From Thermoanaerobaculia bacterium (GTDB taxonomy: Bacteria; Acidobacteriota; Thermoanaerobaculia; UBA5066): DNA of 64,000 nucleotides. The notes under the pieces are model-generated. The model saw nothing but the letters and a program-made list of their open reading frames with translations. It did no database searches and was not told the DNA's origin. The DNA lies in assembly GCA_038245905.1 (NCBI GenBank), contig JBBRRY010000011.1:1-64000 (forward strand), written 5' to 3'. This document shows positions 47,983 through 55,062 of this stretch, one piece after another (positions within the stretch are counted from its first letter, which is position 1; each line of letters begins with the position of its first letter). The translations under genes and the position numbers were made by a program.

Positions 47983-50025
47983 TTACGGCCCCCTCTTCCA
48001 GGTGAACTTCCGCCACGGGTAATGACGCACGCGGTCGCCCGGTCCGCGGAAGACCACGAAAAGCTCGTGCTCGCCCTCGTCGCCGGGCTGGAAGGCGAAG
48101 ACCTGTTCGTAGCCGGCGGTCCCGCAATCTCCGAGACTCGGCACGACGGCCTGTACGTCTTCCCGCGGGAATCGCGCCTCGTGGAGCGGAACGCGCGGCG
48201 CCTTGTCGACGAGAACGGTGACCGCGAGATCCTGTCCCGGAATGCGTGCCCATCCGGTCACGGTCAGGTTTCCCGTCACGATGGATTCCTCAGCCGGCCG
48301 GTCGATCGAGCCGGTGAGATCTGCCGATTCTCTGCCGGGCGAACCCAGCGTGTCGTCTCCGATTGGGCTCTTCTCGAATGCCCGTGCTCCCGGCTCGGTT
48401 TTCACCACCGCGTAGAGCATGTCGTCGGGAAGGAAGCGGCGGACGTAGAGCAACCGGCCCGATTCGAGGCCCGCGGCGACGAGCGCCGCCGCCGTCCCGC
48501 GCTGCTCGTCGTTCATGCGCCTCGGCCTCACGGTCACGTACGACACCGGCACGGCTTCGAGAGCGTCGAGCAGATCCTTGGCCTTCCCCTCCACGAGGAG
48601 ATCGTGCAGGCTCTGGGCGAGCGGGGTCTGGAAGCCGGAGTAGCCGTTCACGAGCGGCTTCCAATGGTCCGCCGCGCGAAGCACGTGGAGCGCGTTCGTC
48701 TCGTTGAAGGCGTCGGGCAGCTCCCACAGGCCGCCTGCCATCGGCGTTGCGGCGAGGAAACGCGTCATCGGGTCCGGATCCGGCTCCCCGCGGTTGAGAT
48801 ACAGCGGAGCCACGCGGTCCTCGAACAGGAGCGCGCCCGCGAGACACGCCGCGATTCCGAGGCCGAACACCTTTGAGCGCCGCCGCGACCAGGATTCGAC
48901 GAGTGCCGCTGTCGCCACGGCGGCGAGGAGCGCGAGCCCAAGGTCCGCGACCATCGCCCACCTCACTGGCGCGCGGATCGCGCGAAACGGCGGGAGAAGG
49001 AAAAGCAGGCGGTGAAACGGTGTCGACATGCCAAAGGACCCGACGAACCCGAGCCCCGCGAAGAGGAGGGCCGTGGTCGCCGATTCGGAACGATCCCGGA
49101 GGAACAGTACGATACCGAGAATCGCAAGCGCGAGGAGGAGGAAGCCGGGGAAGAGGCAGAACTCGCCGCGGGACGGGTTCTCACCCATGCCGCGCCAGAG
49201 CTTCAAATTGAAGTCAGGTGTCAGCCAGTGGATTGGCGCAGCAGAGTAGAACGCGGCCTCTTCCGGCCCGCGCTGGATGCCATAGAGCTTTCCGACCTGC
49301 TTGTACGGAAGGAAGAACGGCATTAGGAGGAGCGACGCGGCGAAGAGAGCCGCCGCCGCCCGTCCCCACGCCCGGCGAGCCGCTGGTTCGGTCCTGAGGA
49401 AGAGGAGCGCGCCCATCACGGCGGTCGGCACCGAGCCAAGGAGGAACCAGTGGATGCTCGAGACACCGCTCATGAAAAAGGCCGTGCCGAGCCAGGCCGC
49501 GCGCGCCCACGTGCGGCGGCGCGCGAAGAGAACGACGGCCTCGGCGAGAAGCGGCATCCAGCCCGCAAACACGTACGAGAGATGCGGAATGTGATGGAAC
49601 CGGTAGGGCACGAACGCGAACGCGACGCCCGCGACCCACGCGGCCGGTGTCGAACTCGTGAGCGTGCGCGCGAGGCGGAACGCCCCGAATCCGCTGAACG
49701 CGAATCCGAACAGCATCGCCAAGCCGTGAACCGTCAGGGGCGGAAGGCCCGCGGCGAAGGCCGGAAAGAAGAGGAGCGCGATGCCCCACTGGTGCTCGGA
49801 GAGCGCGAGCGTGTAGCGATACGGAAAGAAGATGTTCGCGTCGAAGAGATGCAGCGGGTCGTGGAACGTCTGGTGGGCGTCCCACGCGAGGATGTAGGAA
49901 TTCAGGTACGAGTCCCCCGGGTCGAACGAGCTGTCGCGGATGTGGGCCGCCCACGGCCAGGTCATGAGGACCGTCAGGAGAACGAAGGCGGCGAGCACGC
50001 CAGCGTCACGCGCGGCACGCTTCAC
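47983..50025 (-). CDS. YfhO-like GT-C membrane protein with C-terminal Ig-like GW-REDV domain
   Basis: GTG start (GTGA overlap). DPGDSYLNSYILAWD..DANIFFP..LALSEH, RAPVRW, VNGYSG; shared C-terminal domain. Confidence 0.72.
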   Translation of the reverse strand: MKRAARDAGVLAAFVLLTVLMTWPWAAHIRDSSFDPGDSYLNSYILAWDAHQTFHDPLHLFDANIFFPYRYTLALSEHQWGIALLFFPAFAAGLPPLTVHGLAMLFGFAFSGFGAFRLARTLTSSTPAAWVAGVAFAFVPYRFHHIPHLSYVFAGWMPLLAEAVVLFARRRTWARAAWLGTAFFMSGVSSIHWFLLGSVPTAVMGALLFLRTEPAARRAWGRAAAALFAASLLLMPFFLPYKQVGKLYGIQRGPEEAAFYSAAPIHWLTPDFNLKLWRGMGENPSRGEFCLFPGFLLLALAILGIVLFLRDRSESATTALLFAGLGFVGSFGMSTPFHRLLFLLPPFRAIRAPVRWAMVADLGLALLAAVATAALVESWSRRRSKVFGLGIAACLAGALLFEDRVAPLYLNRGEPDPDPMTRFLAATPMAGGLWELPDAFNETNALHVLRAADHWKPLVNGYSGFQTPLAQSLHDLLVEGKAKDLLDALEAVPVSYVTVRPRRMNDEQRGTAAALVAAGLESGRLLYVRRFLPDDMLYAVVKTEPGARAFEKSPIGDDTLGSPGRESADLTGSIDRPAEESIVTGNLTVTGWARIPGQDLAVTVLVDKAPRVPLHEARFPREDVQAVVPSLGDCGTAGYEQVFAFQPGDEGEHELFVVFRGPGDRVRHYPWRKFTWKRGP

Positions 50026-52409
50026 GGTTTCCAGACGAATCTCCTCGGCGGATAGTGGCGCTGCCTGCCGTCGGGCGCGCGGAACAGCACCTGGATCTCG
50101 TGGGGCCCTTCGTCGCCGGTCTCGAACCTGTACGTCGCTTCGTAACCCGCGGTGCGGCAGTCGCCGAGCGACGCCACGGCCGCCTGGACGTCGAGGCGCG
50201 GCACGCGCGATCCGTGCGTGGCGGAACGCTCCTCGCCGTCGATCGTGACTGTGACGTGAAGGTCCTCGCCGGGGATTCGCGCCCAACCCGAGACCCGCAA
50301 GGGACCCGTCAGGACGGCGTCCTCTACCGGCACGTCGATCGAGCCGACCAGCCCCGCGTCCTCGCGATAGAGCGCGTGGGGCGCGAGCGGGCCGCGGGCC
50401 GGGGTCCACGGGAGAGGATCGAGAGCCTTCGCCCCCGGCTCGTTTTTCACGACGGCGTAGAGGTCGTTCTTCATGCGGCCGTCGAAGCGCCTCACGAAGA
50501 GGAGACGCCCCGACCCGAGGCCGCGCGTCAGCCACTCGCGGTGCGGGCCGCGTGACTCGGGAGACAGCCACGAGTCATGCACGAGGATGTAGGACGTCGG
50601 GATCTTCTCGAGGAAGTCGAGGAAGTCGTCGGGGATCGGCACCTTCCGCTCGTCCTCCTCGATGCGGCTCACGAAGGGAGACGCGAAGCCCGAGACGGCC
50701 GTGACGAGGGGCTTTCGGTGATCCGCGGCGCGAAGCACGGCGCGGTAGTTGCCGTGGGCCTCGGTGCCTGCCGGAAGCTCCACGAGGCCGCCCTTCATCT
50801 CGGTCTTCGCGAGGAAGAGCGTGGCCTCGTCGGGATCGGCCTCGCCTCGGACGAGCTCGAGCGGCGCGGCCCGGTCCTCGAAGAGGAGGCCGAGGCCGGA
50901 GAGGACGAAGACGAGCGCCGCGAGACGCGTCGTTCCCCGCCGGCGCTGCCACGCGTCCGCGAGGGCCTTCGCCCCGACGCCCGCGAGGATCGCGAGGCCG
51001 AGATACGCGAGCATGGCCCAGCGAGCGGGCGCGCGGATGCTCCGGAAGAGGAACACCGTCTCGAAGAGCACGCGGTGGAACGGAAAGTTCAGGCCCAGGG
51101 ATCCGAAAAAGCCGATGACAGCCCAGATGCCGCCGACGAGGATCGCCTCGGGCCGGCGGAGAAGGCGGAGGCTGTCCGGAATGTTCTTCCCGCGGGTGAA
51201 CGGGAGCGCCTTCGGATACTGGATCCAGCAGCGGACAAGAAAGGCGAAGGTGAAAAGCGCGAGCGCCCGTGTGGAGTCCGTCGCGCGGAAGACTTCCTTG
51301 CCGCCGAGGCGGATGTGGATGCCGGTCGGACTCGAGGCGAGGAGCGCAATCGTCCCGCCGACGACCGCGAGTCCGTCCAGCCAGGGGAGCGCCCGGAGGG
51401 CGCGCGGCCCGGGGGCCGGCATTTCCTCCGGCGGCGTGGAGAGACCCGGCTCCGCACGCGTCAGGAGCAGGGCCCCGAGCGGCAGGAGAAAGAGCAGCAG
51501 CCCGGGGAACAGGCAGCGCTCGTTCGGCGCGGGCCACTCGGTGAAACCCCGCCACGTCCGGTTCCACGCGTCCATGTTGAGCCAGTCCTTCGGCAGAGCG
51601 GACAGCTCGCGGGTCTCGCCCGTCCCCCGCGAGAAGCCGTAAAGTTTCGCGGCTCTCTGGTAGGGAACAAGGAACGGCAAGAGCGCGAGGCCGGCGATCC
51701 CGAGCGCGAGGGCGCCGCGCTTCAGCCCGGCCCGGTCCCGGACCGCGTCGTTCCGGAACCCGAGCGCGAGGCCGGTGGCCGCGAGCGGGATCAGCGTCAG
51801 GATCAGCCAGTGGATGACCGAGAGGCCGTTCAGGAAGAACGCCGCGCCCAGCCACGCCGCGCGCCGCCGCGTTCTCTCGCGCACGAAGAGGACGAGCGCC
51901 TCGAGGAGGATCGGGATCCAGCCCGAGAAAAGGTACGGAAGGTGCGGCATCTGCCCGAAGCGGTACGGCACGAAGGCATACGCGATTCCGGAAACCCACG
52001 CCGCTCCCGTGGATCCCGTGAGCGTGCGCGTGAGGCGGAACGTTCCGTAACCGGCGAGCGTGAAGCCGAGGAGCGTCGCGAGGCCGTGCACGGTCAGCGG
52101 GCGCGCGCCGAGCGCGAAGAGCGGGAAGAACGGCAGCGCGATGCCGTAGTTGTGCTCCGAGAACGCGAGACCGTACTTCATAGGGAAGAAGACGTTCCCG
52201 TGAAACAGGTTCAAGGGGTCGTGGAACGTCTGGAAGAAATCCCACCAGAGCGTCCAGGAGACGAGATAAGGATCGCCGTTGTCCGAGGCATGGTCGCGGA
52301 GGTGGAGAACCCACGGCCACGTCATGACGGACGTCAGGGCGATGAAGCCGAGAAAAATGAGCGACTCGCGCCCGAACGTGCGCATCCGGATCCTGATTTC
52401 AGGGGGCAC
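50022..52409 (-). CDS. YfhO-like GT-C membrane protein with C-terminal Ig-like GW-RLDV domain
   Basis: Paralogue of the previous gene: DNGDPYLVSWTLWWD..GNVFFP..LAFSEH, RAPARW; shared C-terminal domain. Confidence 0.72.
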   Translation of the reverse strand: MPPEIRIRMRTFGRESLIFLGFIALTSVMTWPWVLHLRDHASDNGDPYLVSWTLWWDFFQTFHDPLNLFHGNVFFPMKYGLAFSEHNYGIALPFFPLFALGARPLTVHGLATLLGFTLAGYGTFRLTRTLTGSTGAAWVSGIAYAFVPYRFGQMPHLPYLFSGWIPILLEALVLFVRERTRRRAAWLGAAFFLNGLSVIHWLILTLIPLAATGLALGFRNDAVRDRAGLKRGALALGIAGLALLPFLVPYQRAAKLYGFSRGTGETRELSALPKDWLNMDAWNRTWRGFTEWPAPNERCLFPGLLLFLLPLGALLLTRAEPGLSTPPEEMPAPGPRALRALPWLDGLAVVGGTIALLASSPTGIHIRLGGKEVFRATDSTRALALFTFAFLVRCWIQYPKALPFTRGKNIPDSLRLLRRPEAILVGGIWAVIGFFGSLGLNFPFHRVLFETVFLFRSIRAPARWAMLAYLGLAILAGVGAKALADAWQRRRGTTRLAALVFVLSGLGLLFEDRAAPLELVRGEADPDEATLFLAKTEMKGGLVELPAGTEAHGNYRAVLRAADHRKPLVTAVSGFASPFVSRIEEDERKVPIPDDFLDFLEKIPTSYILVHDSWLSPESRGPHREWLTRGLGSGRLLFVRRFDGRMKNDLYAVVKNEPGAKALDPLPWTPARGPLAPHALYREDAGLVGSIDVPVEDAVLTGPLRVSGWARIPGEDLHVTVTIDGEERSATHGSRVPRLDVQAAVASLGDCRTAGYEATYRFETGDEGPHEIQVLFRAPDGRQRHYPPRRFVWKP

Positions 52410-52460
52410 GGACGGGATGATATCGGCGCGGAGCGGAATGCGTATGCTCTCCGTGCCCTC

Positions 52461-54554
52461 ATGTCCGTGAGCCCTGCGTCCCACCGCGAACGGGCCCTCG
52501 TCGCCGCCGCGTTCGCCGTCCTCGCGCTCCTGCGCCTCGCGACGCTCGCGCCCGACCCGTGGGAGTGGGACGAGGTTCTCTTCATGGAGGGCGTGCGTGA
52601 CGGACTCGACGTCCGCGTGAACCATCCCCACGCCCCGGGCTACCCGGTCTTCATCCGGATGGGGCAGGGGATTCGCGCGCTCGGCGTCGAGCCGTTTCGC
52701 GCGACGACGCTCGCGGGTGCGCTCGGCGGCTATCTCTCGGTTCTCGCCCTCTACCTCCTCCTCCGGGAGCTCGGCTCGCGCCGCGCGTGGGCGCTCGTCG
52801 GCGCGCTGTTTTACGCGCTGACGCCGTCCGTCTGGCTGCACGGCGTGCGACCGCTCTCGGATGGGCCGGGGGCCGCGGCCGCGCTTTTCGCCGCGCTGTT
52901 CCTGGTGCGCGCGATCGCGGGAAGGGGTCGATTCGACCTCGTCTGGGCGGCGGCATTCACGGCGATCGCGGCGGGCGTCCGCCCGCAGGTGGGTCTCGCG
53001 CTTCTTCCGGCGGCGGGAGTCGCAGCTTTTCTCTCCTTTCGCCGCGAGCGCCGCGCGACGATTCTTGCCCTCGCCGTCCTGACAGGCGTCCTGCTCTCGG
53101 CTGCGATCTGGATTCCGACCTTCAGGAGCTCCGGAGGCTTCGCCGTCTGGAAGGCCCGGTTGGACCAGCAGATGCAGTACGTGACGGAGTTCGACAGCCC
53201 GAAGCTCCGCGACATCGAGCGTCCGGCATTCTGGAAGCGCTGGTGGCTGGACCCGGTTGGCAATGAGGTGGCCGCCCTTGGGCTGCTCGCGCTGGGCCTC
53301 GCGGGCGCTGTACTCGAACGAAGGAAGGCCGGGCCGATCCTTCTGGTGTTCGTTCCCGTCACCGTGCTGACGCTCGCCGTTCTGGGGGTCGCCTCGGCAC
53401 CGCGCTACGTCCTCGCATTCTGGGCGGCGCCCTGCGCCCTCGCGGCGTTTGCCCTCGAGTGGGCGTCGCGCCTCCGCGGCGGGAGAATCGCCGCGCCGGC
53501 AATGGCCATGCTCTCCCTGGCGGCGTTCGCAGCACTCGGCGTGCCCGCGATCGTCGAAGTCGCGACGCGCCCGAGCCCGTCCGTCGCAGTCATGAAGGCT
53601 CTGAAGGCCGAGGGGCTCGCGGCCCGCGACGTCTACGTGACCGAGCCGCTGCGCGTGCACGCCCACGAGTTCATCGGGGGAGGAGTCAGCGTCGTGGACG
53701 AGCTCGTCCCGCTGAGCATTCCACCGGGGGCCGTCCTCGTCGGAGCCGACGACCGGGCCTTCGGCCTCTCGCCTCAGCGCGTCTTTGATTTCGAGACCCC
53801 GCGCCTCGCTCGGATCTCGCGGGGCCGCTACCTTCGAAGCGAGATCTTCGAGGGGCGCGCCGGCGCCGGGGTATTCGCGCCCGCCGTGACGCGTCCCGGA
53901 TGGCAGCTGCACGGCCGCGTCGGGCTGCCGGAAGGAACGACGCTCTCGGTGCGTTCGGCGGGGTCGGCGGACGTCGCGTTCACGGGAACCGCCGCACGCG
54001 ATCTGGCCGAGATCGAGATCAAGACCTCTTCCGGCGCGCGTCGCGCGGAAGTCGCCGCGAACCGCGACGAGGACGTGTCTTTCGCCGCCTTCCCCGACGC
54101 GATGGAGCGGCTGTTTTCGGTCACGTCCCTCCGCGGCGTTGCCATCCTCGACGGATTCCGGATCACGGCGAAGGATTCGGGCCGGCCCACTTTTCGTTTC
54201 GACGACGGGATTCCCGCATCGATCGACGAGCCGGTCGAGGGCGCGCACGTCTCGTCGCCGTTCCGCGCCCGCGGCTGGTGCCAGGAGCGCGGCGGCGGAC
54301 GCGTGGACCCGCTCGAGTTCCGCCTCGACGGGTTTCTCCTCGAGGACGCACGCGTGACGCGGACGCCTCGACCCGACGTCGCCGCTGTCCTTCCCACGAT
54401 TGGTGACGCGAGCGCGGCGGGTTGGGAGGCTCTTCTCTCGACGAAGGTGCCCGACGGCCGCCATGTCCTGACGGTGACGTTCCAGGCCGGCGATCGCCGC
54501 CGCGTCTACCCGCCGCGCACGATCGAGATCGTCGCGGCAGGCCGGACGCGCTGA
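52461..54554 (+). CDS. GT-C (DUF2723/PMT-like) membrane glycosyltransferase with C-terminal Ig-like GW-RPDV domain
   Basis: EWDEVLF..HPHAPGYP loop, SD after a TM, many TMs, PRY; C-terminal SIDEP..GWCQERGGGR..RPDV. Confidence 0.72.
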   Translation: MSVSPASHRERALVAAAFAVLALLRLATLAPDPWEWDEVLFMEGVRDGLDVRVNHPHAPGYPVFIRMGQGIRALGVEPFRATTLAGALGGYLSVLALYLLLRELGSRRAWALVGALFYALTPSVWLHGVRPLSDGPGAAAALFAALFLVRAIAGRGRFDLVWAAAFTAIAAGVRPQVGLALLPAAGVAAFLSFRRERRATILALAVLTGVLLSAAIWIPTFRSSGGFAVWKARLDQQMQYVTEFDSPKLRDIERPAFWKRWWLDPVGNEVAALGLLALGLAGAVLERRKAGPILLVFVPVTVLTLAVLGVASAPRYVLAFWAAPCALAAFALEWASRLRGGRIAAPAMAMLSLAAFAALGVPAIVEVATRPSPSVAVMKALKAEGLAARDVYVTEPLRVHAHEFIGGGVSVVDELVPLSIPPGAVLVGADDRAFGLSPQRVFDFETPRLARISRGRYLRSEIFEGRAGAGVFAPAVTRPGWQLHGRVGLPEGTTLSVRSAGSADVAFTGTAARDLAEIEIKTSSGARRAEVAANRDEDVSFAAFPDAMERLFSVTSLRGVAILDGFRITAKDSGRPTFRFDDGIPASIDEPVEGAHVSSPFRARGWCQERGGGRVDPLEFRLDGFLLEDARVTRTPRPDVAAVLPTIGDASAAGWEALLSTKVPDGRHVLTVTFQAGDRRRVYPPRTIEIVAAGRTR

Positions 54555-54555
54555 C

Positions 54556-55062
54556 ATGCGAATGTCTTCGAACATCCTCGCCCGGCGCTCCCCGCTCGGG
54601 GTCGTTGCGGTCGCTGTCCTCGGCGTCTGTGTGCTGCGTTCCGTGCCGGGAGCGTGGGTGCGCGCGAGTGCCGAGGTCGCGGAGCTCCTGCGCCATGCGG
54701 GCGAATCGTTCGCCGAAACGCGCGTAAGGGTTTACGGCAAGGCGTATGCCTCGCGCATCGACGAGATCCGCGGAAAGATCCCAGAGACTGGCGCGTATCT
54801 CCTCGTCGACGCCGCTGGGGCCACGGACGGGAAACCTCTGGTCCGGCACGATCTCGCTCCCCGCCGGCCAGTGGCGCCTTACCTCATCGCGGCCGCAGGC
54901 CCGATCGGAATCGCTCTCGCGGCGTACGCCGTCCACTTCAACCCGCCCGCTCTCGCGAGCACCACCTGGACGCGATTCCTGATCCAGGCGTCCATACCTC
55001 TCGCGGCGGTTTTCGCCGCGTGCGCACGCGAGGCGTCGAGGAGACTGCCGACTACTTCATGA
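54556..55062 (+). pseudogene. In-frame chimera: small partner protein fused to the last TMs of a GT-C gene
   Basis: The N-terminal half matches 45617..45997. The C-terminal TWTRFLIQASIPLA..REA matches TWYRFLMQVSLPLG..REA in 45994..47958. Confidence 0.6.

Noticed and set aside
50577-54575. Apparent giant overlapping ORFs of 1325 and 1517 aa on opposite strands
   Set aside because: Each N-terminal half is the shadow of the divergent gene; plausible starts are 52461 (+) and 52409 (-).
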